Notes: generated from the sequence alone by a model not told the origin. A DNA stretch of 64,000 nt from Bugula neritina (GCA_964035545.1 OZ037768.1:11936741-12000740); one strand, 5' to 3'. Positions 40,362 to 56,507 are shown, numbered from the stretch's first letter. Program-made: numbers and translations.

Positions 40362-42532
40362 CTTTAGAAGGACAGCATTAGGCTATGATGCAAGTAGTAG
40401 TAGTAATGTAATGAGTCTATTCCATGTATAGCATTATCAGCAGCTTGTTCAGGGTCAAAGAGCATAGCATACATGTCTAAAAGAGCAGCCAGTTACATAA
40501 ACAGTTGCTATAATCTCTTGTCTCTCAAAAATGAAACATGTCAAAAGCTAAATGAAATATCTGCCTTTACATTATATGGAAGTTGTTTATAATTATTGTT
40601 TTAGAGTGGCAAGTTTATAATGAAAAATCTAAACAACCACTTCAATGTTTATGTTACAGACTGCATTGTATAGTGATTACCTCAAGGCCATGTTCTCTAT
40701 TGCTTGGCCTAATTTCATTGTCTGAAAAATTGGCATATGCTTGCAAGTAGTCACATGTTCTTGAAAGCTGAAATTTTGACACCGAGCGGCATGTTACAAA
40801 ATGCCTAAAACTAAAAACCAGATAAGAAAACGCAAGAGCTAAACTCCAAAACAAGACTCTAACATACTAGCATGCTTCGCTTGAAATTTGTGAAGCAAAA
40901 TATGCATTTATAAGGTCACCACTGCGTAGAAAGAGTTATAAAACTGAGTTTACATTTGGTTGCAGTAGTGAAGAACTTTTAACAACCTATATTTTGTATA
41001 TGTTTTATTAAATTTTGGTTTGAGCATGGGAATCAAAGAATCAAGCATTTATTAATCAATTTTTCAGATAATTTCACTACTACATACTTTTTAAATTTCC
41101 CAAGAAATCCAATTTATTGTGTAATTTTTACAAAGCTTTATGACTGTTACTATGTTTATTTTGATGTGAAAGTGGTTTGACAATGTCAAATTTTGGAAAC
41201 CAAAATTTGCACCTATGAAAATATTTTTTAGGTATGTTGACAAGTAGCTATAGCTAATCACTGTGCAACTAAAGCAGTTTGTAGTACTGCAGCTTAACTT
41301 AGCATCAGAAAACAGTGTTATATTTCCAATTGAAAAAAAATTTAAGCTGATTTTAATGCAAGAATGAGATTTTATGGTCACGCATGTAGCAAACCTGCAG
41401 TTTAGATCCGTTGCAACCAAAAGCATAATATAGATCAAAACTATGGATTTAAAATTTCTCAACAGTTCAGTACATGTACAAATCAGGACTGATCATATTA
41501 AGGTCTTTATAGCACAACTATTTAAAAAACTGAGAGGTTTTGCCCATTTCCAATGAAAAAATCTCTGCTAGCAAAAGAAACATTTTAGCTAATTGAAGGT
41601 GCCTCTTTCGGGCTGTTTTACATGTGTGATTGATTTGATTAAATTACTATCAACATTAGACTATTTGGCAGAAAACAGAAAAAGCAACCACTTCCTTATT
41701 AAGAGTAATTTGAAACAAACATTTATTAAAATAAAAACAACAAAATATCAATATTGTGCATGAGAAAACATATGCAATTGGTTGAAAAACGGCACACCTA
41801 GTTGTTGAGACATCAAACTAACAACAGACTTGACCTTCTAGCACGACAGACAAGAATTAATAATAAGGCTATATGTATAATAACTTAGGCAATACAATAA
41901 TAAATGGATATAAAAACTTTTCAACAGTATTATATGGTATGAATAGCACATAAACTTAACAGTTTGAAAATGACATCATGGTATAAATCTAATAAATTAT
42001 CCAATATTGTACTTTCATCATATGATAACAACTAATACAAAGGCTCATTAAATTAATTTACTTTAATAAAATTGAAGTAAAAGCATAGATATACTAGACA
42101 TACCAGATGTACTAATTATACTACTATTTAAGGTGTCCACTCTGTCACTAGTAAAGAAGAAAAAGAAACATTTGTGAACATCTCTCATAATCAAAGCTGT
42201 GGCAAAGGAATGATGAATGAAAAACAAACTCAGATCTTAATAAGGAGTGATAAAATTCAGAAACAGTAAATGACAGCAGTGAGTAGCAAACAATTTGTAT
42301 GTTGCTGAAATGGTGTTGATATCACTAAACCTTTGAATACAATACATCTTAAGGTACATACAAAGATATAGAATGTAAGCCTTGCGTTACCAATAGTTAA
42401 ACTAATAAAGTAAGGGCCTGGATACAATGTCCGCCTGTCTGTTGGTAGATGTTGTCAATTACACTAATAATTGATGATAAAATATCATTAAGTATTCGGT
42501 TTATCTGAATGGAGCGGCTAAGGATATTCTGT

Positions 42533-45500
42533 CTATCTGTTTTTGACCTCGGCAGCCACCCTTTTAGTCACTCTGCCGCACATCACGCCCAATCCTAGTA
42601 TGATAATTAGAACTACACCAATAACGCTGAAGAAGTACCACCGGGATTCTGAGGAATACATGTCGTCCCATACTTGTTTGAGAGTTTCTGGGGGAGATAA
42701 CTACAAAAAGCATAAGATTGACATTTAACTTAGAAATGACACATGGCTTCAAATTAGTAGGAGTTTGTTTCCCTGAATTAAACTGGATGTTACAACATAA
42801 AACAGCAACTTAGAAACTATTTTTTGATATAGCTGACTTTTTCTGTTTAGCTTACAGGTGGCAATTTACAAATCAGTATCAACAACAATTCAGATACAAC
42901 ATAATTACACATTTCTATTAACACTATCCAAGATGTTTAGTCTTCCTGGTTCCCAACAAATTTTGAAAGGAATCAAAAGTATAGTACTCGAAACTAAATT
43001 TCATGCGTAACTTGTGACAGCAGGTAAATAATAAATGTAATATTGTAAGCCTACAAGTTGCTATATTAGAGAATGCTGGGAGGGGGATTAGCATAGGTGC
43101 ATTGGTCCTATAGAATAGGCCGTCACCATTAATCAAGAACAGTTAGGCCGCTGATAAAACCTCTACATAAACATAAATCATCACATAATCTTATAGCTGC
43201 ACAACACAGATCTGGCTGAGGAATGAGTCAGTTCTACAAGTAGCCCCAGTACGAACCCCATGAAACTTAGAGAGTAAATAGATGTTAGGTGTGAAACAGT
43301 TAGCAACTATTCTACAAAGCTAGTAATTGCTTTTTGGATACTCATGTATAAACTTGTTCACAGACTTTACCATTTATGTTTGTATGTCGAAATAATCTGT
43401 TCCGACACTGAATTTATTGATTATATGTAAGACATTGTAGCAAGATTTAATTACACTGAGAAACGCATATTGAGCTGTGGGCGCAACACATGCGGTATCC
43501 AAAAAGCACCTAGAATCTCATTCTCCCACCAAAGCCTCTACTTACTGAACTATCCTTCATCATCTGAATCAACAATTGAATAGTTTATCAACAAACAACA
43601 ATACATCATGAGCTGAACATAGCTTTGGTGGGCACTAGAGATTGATACAAAGGAGTCAACAGTATGACAGCATAGTATGTTATGGAAGTCAATAGCGCGA
43701 GGAGTTATCGGCCCTAATGTTTACTAACAGCATGTGAAATGTTAGCTTATCAACTAGAGAAACGTTATCTGAACTGCTGATAAAGTTCTGGTCCAGGAAT
43801 CAGGTGCAGAATGTTCAGTTAAATTGGCTTAGACCCTTTCAATGGGTTTTCTTGCATTAAAAGCAACTCATCAAACTTATTGTTTAGCAATCACTATCTC
43901 AGCATGTTTTTAGTTGCCTACTTTTTTCAAAATTTTACAACTTTACCAAGTGAACCAATTATATAAAGTTATAGTTATCCAAGTAAATGCTTTATATCGT
44001 GCAATCTTATTATTTAACATTCTCAACGACTTTGTAGATACATCGGCATTTCACAAGGAATGACAACAAAAGTGATAAATTATTAGTTAAAGTGATCTCC
44101 CACATCAAACTGAAGCTATAAAAGGCTGGAGTTGAATTAGCAGAAACTTTTTGGAAAGGATATAAATGCACATTAAAGGAGTTAGCTGACTAGGAAGAGC
44201 ATCTAGATGATGATGACCTACCTTTGCAGCGTGCTCCCACAACTCTTTGCGCGCTTTCACCAGTTCCCGGCATTTGGTATTTTTTATAGATTTGGAAGCA
44301 TACAGCGACAGCAGGCACGACATCACTACAACGAGGGGATAATGGATAATCATCTTATTACACCACAAGAGAAATAAGTTAATTGCATTAATCAGTATTT
44401 AAATAACTTATGCTTGGCAAAATTGTAGTGTAATTTTGTTTATTTGCTGAGTTATTTATGTACCAAACAGTAATATGCTATTATTACATATGATGTACTA
44501 GATTTGTGAATAATCCCACTGTTATGTATATATATATATACCCTAGAGTCAGCTCTTTCTATGCTGTCAAGCTATATACTTTACACATTACAAGAATAAA
44601 CCCTATAATAAATTATTCCAATGGTCTCATCTACCCACGCAAACATACAAAAACGAAACATTACAAAAAATGATGAGGAAACAGTATCATGAGAAGCCCT
44701 TCTGAGACATCTGATAGCAAAGTAAAATGTGGAGTCCATTGAAATAATTGAAAAGTTTAGGAATAAAAACAGTAATTGAAAAAATTAGCATAGATCTATA
44801 AACACATCATTGACCATAAAATAGGAATATATTGCCATTAAAATACAATGGCAATACCTGTGATGACTTGAGTGGCAGCAATCAACTTGCCACAGTTCAC
44901 TCACCTCGCCCGCTGCCTGCCGGTATGTCTTTACAATAGGATTCTCTCAGATCATGCTGACAAGCACCATACAACTCCTTATCAGTAAATATGTCTACCC
45001 TGTTTTCTGTAATTAGCCTGAACACCTGCAAACAATTGTCAGAAACATAAAAAATATGAATAACTGATAGCAGCTAGAACCTGGTATAACTTGTCATCAT
45101 ACAACAACTAACTCTGATGGCCATTTCTACAGTTAATACATATACCTGTATTAGCAATTACTAGCATAAGTATTTTATAATAATTTAAATTAATTATTGC
45201 AGTGCTTGAGTTTGAATGAATCAGTGCTTGGATATTATCTTATCCTAGAATGGAGAACATCTAAATGCTGATACTGCAACATTGTCAATTAGCATTATTA
45301 GTATTAGGGGTGCTCTCTCTCCACAAGTTGTGTGGAGATAAGGTCAAGAGTGCAACACTTACATCGGCCTGACACTCTGGGTCGTTTTTCAGTTTGCCAG
45401 CAAAGAGCTTCTCTTTCAAACATCCAATAACATGTTTTTCATCATCTTTGCCATCTTTAGTGCATTCTTTGATCTGCAGGCAGAGAATTGTGAAACTGTG

Positions 45501-48500
45501 TGAATTAATTACTTAAATGCAAACAGCTTTGTGTTGAGAGCATCGCTGGGACAAGAAAACTAACGGCACACAACTGACCAATTAGATATATGTACACTTA
45601 CCAGCGAACCAAAATAGAAAATCAACTACAAGATTCAACAGAAATAATCTATCTTTTACCTCGTCTTTACAATGATGAGTGAGAACGTAATCCTGCTTGT
45701 AATCTCTGGTTTGTACCTTTACCACCAACAGATGCATCTGATTTTGACATTGCTCCGTCAGACCCTAGAATACAGCAAAGTATTTAGAAGAAATGACAAC
45801 TCCCAGTTTGTACATATATGACACTTTTCACTAAGAACTAAAAAACATGTGTAAGAATTAAGACCATCAAAGAAGTAGATGAATGCACAACAATCCGTGA
45901 AACCGAAAGCAGAGTTGCTTACAGTTTTTTCCCCTTTGAGATATTCTATTTTCAGACAGTTGATGACAGCACCATGGAGTGACTCATCATCATCATGAAC
46001 CTGGTTCATTTCATGGCTACAGAACTGATCAATGTCATTTCGACACGGCATGTACAGAGCCGGGTTCAGCCTGATATCTGCAACAACCAATCATTTAGTG
46101 AGTAAAAATATGCACAGAAAATATATTTAATCAACGTGGAGTAGTTGTGGTTGACTGACTGATAGATAAAAGAGACAACCAGTGCAGCCGTGTAAAAAAA
46201 AGTGAGGCAGCACGCCATTAAAACAAACAATTGACCAGCACTGACCCTGGTTGTCTTCCTCCTCCTCTTCGTCCAGAGCTTGTTGGCATCTCTTTGAGGC
46301 TTCTTCATAATTCTCATCTAGACAGCTGAGGAGGTTCTCTGGCTCATCATTGATGTATGCCTTACAGAATTTCTACAAATGAAATTATCGGATGTGCGAG
46401 ACATGTCCATTACAGAGTGTGCGTAGACGACACATTAAGCACTTCTGTAACATTACCTATTGACATTGATTGAACTCCACTTTCTTTACTGATCTAACCA
46501 ACAGATAACCAACTATTTCAGCTAGATTTGCCCCATTCAACACAAACATCTATGCCTAGCGATGTCTAGCACGCAGTGTATGGTGTAATCTGCGGAAGGG
46601 CTCACCTTTATTTCAGGTTTACATTGTCTCATGATATTTGAGGAGGCACCGGCTACAGCGTTGGCCAGTTTGGCCACTTTGAAGACGTATTTTGCACAAC
46701 TTTTCTCCAGTTCCTCCGGGTCCACGGCTCTGATACAGTTCATGTACAACTCATTTGGGTCCTTCAACAGAGGAAAGCCTCTGATTAGCTTAAAACTAAC
46801 AAACTTCTAACATATGTGAATTTCATAACAACAAGTCCATATGGCAGACATTTAAAACATCTTCTTCTATACTATATACAGTACTGCCTTGCTGCCTCTA
46901 TATCTCACAAAATTCAATAGGTCAAGAGAAGAGCATGGACATCCGTTTAGTGACGTGTGTGCGTGCGTGGGTGTATAGGGAGAAAATAAACGAATTTAAG
47001 TGATCCGTGAGTTAAATCTGGTATTCTACTTTGTCACAAATTAAGGTTTCACGACTTGTAGCTTAGTGAGATACAGAGGGAGCACTGTAATACTAAGAAT
47101 AATAATAATATACTTACGGCATCGGGATGAGGTTTAACATTTTTGCAGTGTTTAGAGAGATCGGCCTCGCACTTTTTCTTAAACTCGTGATCCATCTCTA
47201 TGGTGTCTTCCAGAGCGAGTAGATCAACTCTCAGTTGGTGACGACATTTCTTAGAAATTCTATGTGTGTGCTCTAACAGTGTATCGTTTCTAACCATTTC
47301 ACTCAGACAGTAGATCACCTCTGACCTTGAAACCAAACAACAATGCTATTCACAAACTAACCAACACGCCATCGATATTTTCAGATTAAATGCACAAAAA
47401 AGCTGACAAAAAATGCAACTCCAGAAAAGTTTTAGTAAGTTGTTGGTAGCATCTTAAAAATTGCTGTTTACAGAATACGCAGTTATTAATGAAAGTATTT
47501 ACTTTGACTTTGAGTGCTTGCAGTGCTGTTTGACATCCTCTTTACAGCTCTCTCTGAGCTGAGTATTGAAGTTGAACTCCTGCATGCTGACGAGCTGGTG
47601 GTGCTCTATTCCGGCAAAACATTTCTCATCCATATCTTCGTCAAACTTGTGTTCTACCAGACAGGCAAATATTGCTCCCTCGTCTATATCCTCATCGTTG
47701 ACAGCTTGAAGTTCAGCCTAATGAAATTGGGACAAGTTTTCATAAATGGTTCATGAAAATTTCGTGGACAACTAACAGTTTATATACGTTTATATTGGTA
47801 GACTTTAAGGTTGACGATTTCCAACCACCAAACAATTATGCATCATTTGAAATTAGAATATCAACTTAATCTGACTAACATAAATATGTACAAACTAGAA
47901 AAGTAAACTTCAGTTTGTAGGAGGGTTCAAGAGTCTTAGTAAGAGTTATTATACCTTTACTAGACAATCTCATCACTTTATGTCTATTCATATGTGCTTA
48001 CAGTATACAAAACACCAGGCTATTTAGAATATGCACGTCTCAAGCTTTACAGTGATACAATCAAGTGTAGTGATAAAAAGTCTTAGTGTAAAATACAACA
48101 ATCAATGTAGTATATTTGTTGTTATTGGATATATAATAGCCTTCTGCCTGGAGACTATCCTTTACCTCTCATATCACAATGTCAGGGTAAATGCTTCCCC
48201 CTACCTCACAATGTTTCTTAAGAGTTGGTTCACACGACTTCATCAGTATAAAGTCGAGTTGGTAGTCAGCGTCCTGGTCCTCTATGTACTGGCCTAGCAG
48301 CTTTACGCACTGACTATTCTCTCCATCAAGCTCCTCAATCTTCTCATAGTGTTCTTCTAGACATCCCATTTCCTAGGAAACATGTAAACAATACACTCGC
48401 TGCTAGGACTCTCAAAGGCTATCGACAAACACCAATCGAACACTACCAGCTCTAAGACGTTGGTGAGTGAGGCACCTAAGCTACTATTGCAATAAGCTTA

Positions 48501-51500
48501 TTAGGCAGAAAGATATGGACATATACAAGTTTGATCAGCGTGTCCCTCAAAAATCACAACATAATGAAATATATTCTGACAGAACTACACTTAAGGAGTA
48601 ACAAAACGCACGTTCCTCTGTCTGCAACGCTCAGTTTTATTAAATTAATGGAAGGAAAACCACGTATTTTGTACACATCATCTAGTATGTCTTAGATACA
48701 TTAAATGTAGTGAGAAAAGTGTGGAAGTTTCATCTACGTCACGTAGCGTGCACACCTACCTCTCCGTGTTGTGCCTTGCTACACAAACCAGTGAGATGAG
48801 TGAGACAAGCTTCTTCCAGCTCCGGGTTTAAATCTATGCTAACAGCTCTTTCATGCACGCTTCGCAGCACTTCCTTCACACATTCTTTAGGTACCTACAA
48901 TTAGATTTGGGAGTAAGAATGCTTCGTATAACTGATAAAACACTGGGAATATATATGGCTACTAGTGCAGCTTTTTATATTGGTGACATCTGATGGACTG
49001 CTAACCTTGAGGAATATGAATGATTAAAATTATGAGAAATGAAATGAATGCTGAATAGACGTTACCTCCGTTTTATCAGGATTCCCCTGAACCTGCAGAC
49101 GTACAAGTTTATACAGCTGAGCAAAGACCAGACCATCTGAAGGAGGACCTTCTTTATTCTTAGTGAGATGGTGATCCAAGTTGCGTGCCTAAATGCAGTA
49201 TGATACTTGCGTTGACTATACAGTATAATACATGTGTTGAATATACAGTATAATACATGTGTTGAATATACAGTATAATACATGTGTTGAATATACAGTA
49301 TAATACATGTGTTGAATATACAGTATAATACATGTGTTGAATATACAGTATATTACATGTGTTGAATATACAGTATAATACATGTATTGAATATACAGTA
49401 TAATACTTGTGTTGAATATACAGCATAATACATGTGTTGAATACACAGTATAATACATGTGTTGAATATACAGTATAATACATGTGTTGAATACACAGTA
49501 TAATACATGTGTTGAATATACAGTATAATACATGTGTTGAATACATGTGTTGAATACATGTGTTGAATACATGTGTTGAATATACAGTATAATACATGTA
49601 TTGAATACACAGTAGAATACTTGCATTGATTATGTTACAGTATACTCCAATAGTTATGCAGACAAGAAACTACCAACCATGTTATACTCAGGAACTTTAA
49701 CATTCAATAGTTTGTCAGATTAAACCACTAAGCCAAATTAATGAGGCAGCTCATACCTTGATAACAGTGTGACAGGCTTTAACGAGTCTCATATCATGCT
49801 TGTAGTTGCGAGATATGAAATACTCCAACTCAAGCAGATGCCTAGCACAACCGGTATTCTGGTCAATCTCTCCTTTTTTAATGTGCATCATCAAGCAGTC
49901 CAATTGGCTGGAAAAGGATATGAAATAAGAATGCAAAATACAAGTTTCTTACAACTTTAGTAATGATTGAACAATGTAGCATATGTAGTAATGGTGCTAC
50001 ATACAATAACAAATAACTGAATATAACATAAACTGTGACCTGAATTAGAACACATACTCCAAATACTAGAGAGTTTTGCAGCAATAATATAAAACTAAAG
50101 AGATTCATATCCCAGCTAAGCTAGCAAGCAGCAACACATAAAATATAAAAATGAGACATCATATAAAAACAGATCACTTGGCCAGTTTAAGTTTATCCCG
50201 ACATAGATGCTATTTTATAGTGCACATAACTCCAAATGAGTTAGATTGAGTAAAATTTCAACTTTCTCAAAATAAACAAAGCTTCAAGTGTTTGTTTGTT
50301 TGTTAAACAAAATAAATAAGTTGGTACAACAGTGACATACAACTTGTCTTTTTCACAAAACTGAGTAACTTCTGCAGCACATTGCTCCAACAAGAATCCA
50401 TCTATAGCCACAATACTATTGGGTCTTGTTTCGTCCAGCAGGTCACTCACCTATAACAGTCACACGCGACACATACTTAGTAACTATACACATTAACACT
50501 AAATAAATTCAACTAAAAGATACAGATTATTGCCAACATCTATCAACTGGATTACAATGAGACAGAATGAACTGATATGCAGTAACTAATGCTGCTTGCT
50601 GCCAGAATGTACTTACAGCAGCTTTACAAGTACTGGAAATTTGTGGAACTTTTTTATCCTTGTTATTGGTTGGCATAGCCAGTGCCATGAGGCAGTGAAT
50701 AGTACCATCTTTCTGGTGAGCTCGCTTCAACCCCGCACAGTGGTCGTCTATCTCAGAGGCACAGGAGGAGGCAATTTCTGTTATAAAAATAATTTGCTGA
50801 AACTTAGTCAGCTCAAATACATGGCATTGTTGCTAATTGAATCTAAACAAAATACAGTAAGTTTTATGCAACAATAACTAATGTCCAGAAAAGCTACATT
50901 ATATGCCGGAGTAATACTTTCGAATAACGTTAATATAAGTTCTACAGAACTGGGCCACAAAGTTGAATTAAAATATTTCTAGACAGGTAAAACTATACAG
51001 TAATCAAGAACAATTGCATTGACTAGACAAACAGAGCCTTACCGGCGGTGATTTTATACTCGTTCATAAGATTAGACTGGAAGAGTTCGATTTCTTGCTG
51101 ACACTCCACTGGTACGTCAACTGTAAAACAGAAATGAAATGTTTATTTAAAATCCTACATATTACATAGACATAATATAAGACCATGCAGTTTCACCTAC
51201 ACACTTATTAAAAGTCTAAAGTCAATCTATTTTTCACTGCTTAAGTATAATAATATGAAGACTAGCAAAATTACATGACATTTATGCAACAAAACATTGA
51301 GTGGGATATATAGAGAAAGAAGATAGAAGGGACTAGTTCTGGTACAGCAGCTAGGTTAATAAAGTAAGTCAGAAGTAGACAGTATATGAGAGCCATGTAC
51401 CAAGTCCTAGTAATATGTACAGTTTACTAGTGGTGGTGGTAATGTGTAGAGATACATTCTGTACTGGTAGGCCACAACTTTACAGCATACAAGTGTTGAT

Positions 51501-54500
51501 AATGTAATGTGGTAAAATCAAGATCGTAGAACGGCAAGCTTAATGTGCACATATGACATGTAACGGCGTATTGTGACATGTAATCCGAGACAACGTGGAT
51601 GACCTATTTCACCAGAGGTACACGTGGAGGTTTTAAGCAGGAAGCTTAGCTGGCAATTAAACTGTTAGAACTCTACGCATCAATCACATTCAACTTCACA
51701 AAAGGCAATTAATACTCCAATGAAACTGACAGAAGATGTCCAAGTTTGAGAACAATAATTTATGCAGGATTAGGCACTGATTTGCACTGATGTGAGGATA
51801 ACTAACGCACATAATAGCATATTATAAATACCAACCGGTAAGTTATCAATCATAGGAATGGTGGAAGTTTGTCAATTTACTGAAAACCGACGGGTTCGAA
51901 ATTTAGAGGCACACGATATTTATACCAAAGATAGTAGAATGTAAAAATTATGTAAATCTACCCATTTTAATTATTTATTCTATTTTCATGATTGCAGTTT
52001 TGTAATTTCTGTAATCTTAATGAGTCAACAAGATCACAGAATTGCACTCAGTTATTCAGCAATAGCGACTTGCAGAAATGTTTCATTGCATTTACAATTA
52101 CCATCATCAATTATTCTATTAAACTTATGATCAAGCAAGACATACACCATCACGTATAACATTAACCATCAAGTACACATGCAATGGACATTATAAATCT
52201 TACGTTCTTTTTCGCTCTCGGCTTCGGCGTCCATGAGACAAGTGAGGGAGTGACTCATGGAGATAGCAACGTGGGTGCCGTCACTTGGTTCCTCCAGGCA
52301 ATCGTGTTGTTTCAACAGGGCTTTGCACGACCGGAAGAAAGCATTGTCAACCTTTGCATCTTCTTGCATCAACTGTTCTCTTTTGATGATTTGTTCTACA
52401 CACTGCAAGGCAATGGTAAGTATGTAAATAAGATGCGCTTCACATAATACTTTTTATAAAACATTACACAGTTTTACTTACATTCAAGTAATGCTTCTTG
52501 ATTTGATGTCTATTACATACAAGTTAGAAACTGTACAAAAATCAAGCTATAGAGTTGATTGAGTTGATTTTATTCACGTTGAGCAGATTTTATGCCTTGC
52601 CCAAAAAGGTTCTTTTACAAAAATCGTGTTTCTATTTGAATAGCTTCCCAACACTGATTACCTAAATACAAAAAGCATATCAAAGTAGCTTTAGAGGACA
52701 CATAAATTTGAACAGGTCATGGAATAGGAAATAGGAAATGGGAAATGCATTACTGGTTATAACACTCTAATGACAAGCTCTGATTTGAGTGGCAGTTATC
52801 CTGTAGCAAACTGTCACATCATGCTTACACGTCGCTATTTCCACCTATTTTACATATTATTTTCCTTTACAAGATTTGTTAATTATATTTGTTGTATTAA
52901 TTGGTTCAGGTACTGGCTTAGCTATTGCAACAGCAAGTTAATAGGTTTCAACGTAAGTGATGTCAACAGAAAACTAGAAAAAGTTAGGTAAATTGTGGTA
53001 CATATTAGTCTATGTAATTATTCTCAGCTCATGGCAAAGTATGGAATACAGCCATTAACATTCTTAGAAGCTACACTTTGAATTGAACTCAAAGTATTAT
53101 ACCAACTAGTATGTAAAGTAGCTTATGGACGTTAGCAGTTGTTAGTTACGTCTCTTAGAACCCGGGAAGCATAATCTGTTGAATCAGGCATATGGAAGCC
53201 CGTAAACTCACCTTTGTGCTCATCTCAGTTTCGTCCTTTTGCTGCTGTTGCATAAGACAATGATAGACTCTACCCTCACCACTCTCCACACCATGGCAGA
53301 ATTTCTCTCGATCATGTCGACAAGCAAAGAATAAGGGCCGGTCCAAATGGTAGTCGTCAGACTAAATAATCACAGATCTATTGTTACACTTGACTTAAAG
53401 GTTTTGTCAAAGTCAAGCAGGCATTTAGGTATCAAGCCCATAAAAACATTGTAATGTGTTAATACTGATAGATATTATATTGTATGATCTGATAGTGGTC
53501 AGGCTGGTGGAAAATGTCTTGCAAAGTTCTGCCTTAAATTCAACCTGGTGGAAATAAAGAGTTCACCAGAAGAAGCTCACCTGAAGCTCTGCAACTCTCA
53601 TAATTTGTTTCAAACACTTTTTGCCTACGTGACTTTTATCCGCTTTCAGTAAGCATTCTATAACCGGGCCTTGATTGTGGTGCTGCACCTACAAGACAGA
53701 GACAGTGAAGAAGGAAAAAGTTTTAACTTACAATCACACCAACACTTTTGATGACTTACACCAGAGCTAAACTGTACTTCCAGCAGTTCTAAACTGTACT
53801 TACATTTTCAGTTTCTGCTTGAGTATCATCAAATATACGGCCACAACGCAGAGCTTTGATCTCATTCTTACAGTCCTCCTGAAACTCGTGTACTAAATGA
53901 TAATCACTACAAATAGTCTCTACAGAATCAGTTTTTAGTGAAAACCTATTCATTTTAAAGGTATCATTGCAAAGAAAACAATTATTCTTTCATATTAATC
54001 ATACAACACACTGTTAAGAAGTTTATTGGTCTAAATTACTAACTTTACCAATCACAATGAGATTTTTATGCCGAAAAACTTTTATTTAAATTTGAAATAC
54101 AATTAAATTAAAAATTAAACCCTCTGCATTATATGCATCATATAATTACTCTGTATGCTAGACCCACCTAAAGATGACCCTCTCCATTTTGTTGAGAAAA
54201 ACAAAACAATTTTTGTTTTTCTCATCATCTTCTTCCTGATCGACATAAGACAATTGTTCCATCAAACATGGCAGATATCCGCCTTTCACAGCACCAGAGC
54301 AATGGCTGTCCACCTTATGAGTCTAAACACAACACAAACAAGTTAGCATTATAAGTTAGCAATGTGTATGGGGGTTTGAATGTTTTCATTATTTCATTGA
54401 GGAAGTAAAATGTCACTTACAGATATTTGCTCTTTACAAACTTCTCTGGCTGCCGTCTCAAACCGATCATCAGTTGTAAGTTTAAGCTTATAGTGATAAA

Positions 54501-55521
54501 TTAACTGCAAAATAAGATATTGTACTATAACAAAGCCTACAAAATACATTAAGAACCCCATAACAAATTAAAAATAAGACTTCATTTAAATTTTCATTAT
54601 AGCAAATAGGAAAAATTTAGAACAAGAAATGTTTTTCAGAAAAGCATAACATAAGTTAGTAAGTACATGCTGTGCAACATTTAGTTTTACGTAGAATATT
54701 TTTTTAAAAATATACTTGAGCATATTTATTTTACTGGTACTGCATCTAAAAGATCCAACACACGAGTTTTAGATGGACAAACAAAATGAACCACGTATAG
54801 TAGTTGGATCTATATGGCTATTACACTCTCTATATTGAAAGTTTAAAATCAGAGCACCCGAACAGTAAAGTGTTTCATTTTAAAATATGATTAGATCATT
54901 AATATTAAAAAAATTATGTGTTATGTATTAGTTATCATCCTCATCATTATGATTATTACTATTACTTATACAAAAATGATATAAATAATTCAACATTAGT
55001 GGGCATGTTTGATATAATAATTACAACAATAATCAATTATAAAGCCAAAAAGCCTAAATCACTCCGACTCTTACCGTTTGGCAACTATCACCTGGAGGTT
55101 TCTCATCTCCTTCATAGGACATAAAACAATCCAACACCTCGAAATTGTGGAGAATTTTCTTTTCATCACGCTTTGTGTTATCTTCAGCATCGTCTTCCGA
55201 GCGGTAATTAGGGCAAATTCTTTCTACATCAGCTTTACAAGCAGGATCTTGAGACAACATTGTATTGGCATCTGGATCAGGCTTCTTGGTTGGATCCACT
55301 CTGTGGGGTTGATTACCAGCCGCAGGTGCATTTTGATTTGGGTTATTATGAGCAGCGGGAGGATTGTTGTTAACTGGTTGATTGTTTATGTTGACTGCTG
55401 GCACCTGAGCTGCTGGAGGATTCCCATTACCGTTTGGATTATTTACCAAAGGTGGAGGAGCTACGACAGATTTCAGTACTAATAAAACAAACGCAGAAAC
55501 AAGCAAAGCTTGTTTAGCCAT
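42533..55521 (-). CDS. GLG1: Golgi apparatus protein 1 (ESL-1 / cysteine-rich FGF receptor), ~20 exons
   Basis: Signal peptide MAKQALLVSAFVLLVL, N/P/Q-rich linker, many Cys-rich GLG1 repeats (DYHLDRPLFFACRHDREKFC...GEGRVYHCL; DIRLNPALYMPCRNDIDQFC), TM helix and tail GRVTKRVAAEVKNR*. Confidence 0.96.
49216..49622. repeat. 25-bp minisatellite (ATACAGTATAATACATGTGTTGAAT), ~16 units with internal 13-bp subunit slippage, in a GLG1 intron
   Basis: Tandem units directly visible; explains the repetitive ORFs at 49160-49626. Confidence 0.97.
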
Positions 55522-56507
55522 TATTATAAATAATAGAAAAAAACTCTCAAAGAAGATAGGTTCGAGTAGTGATTTTACTTCGAAAACAGCATCTGGTGCT
55601 CTGAGAAAAAATTATGCAGTAAATCCAAACGAGGATTAGAAAGAAGTTCAGACACGTCACCGCTTACTACCTTTCAATAAAAAGCGTTGCTAATTTCTAA
55701 ACTGTTGGCCATGGTAACAGACTTGACGGATTTGATTGAGCCCCCGAAGCATCAAGTAGGTTTTTGGGTTAAGAGGTTAGCCAATCATTCAACTGAAAGC
55801 TTTGCTCAACGGTTAAAAGATCGCTTGCAACAGCACTAAATTGGGGGTGACTAAGTGCAGTGGCTACTAGCTAGACTCTAGAGTGTCGACTGCTGAAGCG
55901 ATTTGGAGTTGAGGCAACGATGTTTTTACGAACACTGTTTGCAATAATTCCCAACTAAGCGCTGCTTATAACAACCTCTGAACAAGTCCAGGTAAACCAC
56001 GCTAAAATATTTTCAGTAAAGGAACATATGATCGTCTCCCACATTGTGCGAGGAAATTCAACTACATGTTAAGGTTGTCGCCAATAATGTTCGAAAAGCT
56101 AAAATTAAAAAATAGAACTTAGAGTTATTATAATAAATCAAGTTCACAATCACAATGTTATCAATTTATGTTATTCTTTATTAAAAATTAATGCAAAAAT
56201 TATTTTAATGACAACTACTTCTAGTAAAAAATGTAATACTAAGTTATATTTGTAATTTTTTATATTATAAATTATAATTTATTATAATTAATATTAAGAA
56301 TAAATTTTAATTTAATTAATATTATTATTATAAAATTATAATTATTAATTTTATTTCCTTTTTTATTTCTTCATTTTATTTATTAAATTTAATATTGATA
56401 TTCATTTCAATGTCATTATCATTATAAATATCATATTCAATATTCATGTTATTACATTTACTATAAATAATAATAATTATAATATTATTATTATTAATCT
56501 AGAGATC

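Noticed and set aside
49160-49626. Long Tyr/Cys/Ile-rich ORFs in three frames
   Set aside because: Artefacts of a stop-poor 25-bp minisatellite
55078-55482. 134-aa plus-strand ORF and other antisense ORFs over DARS2, PPEF and GLG1 exons
   Set aside because: Shadow frames of real coding exons with no independent features
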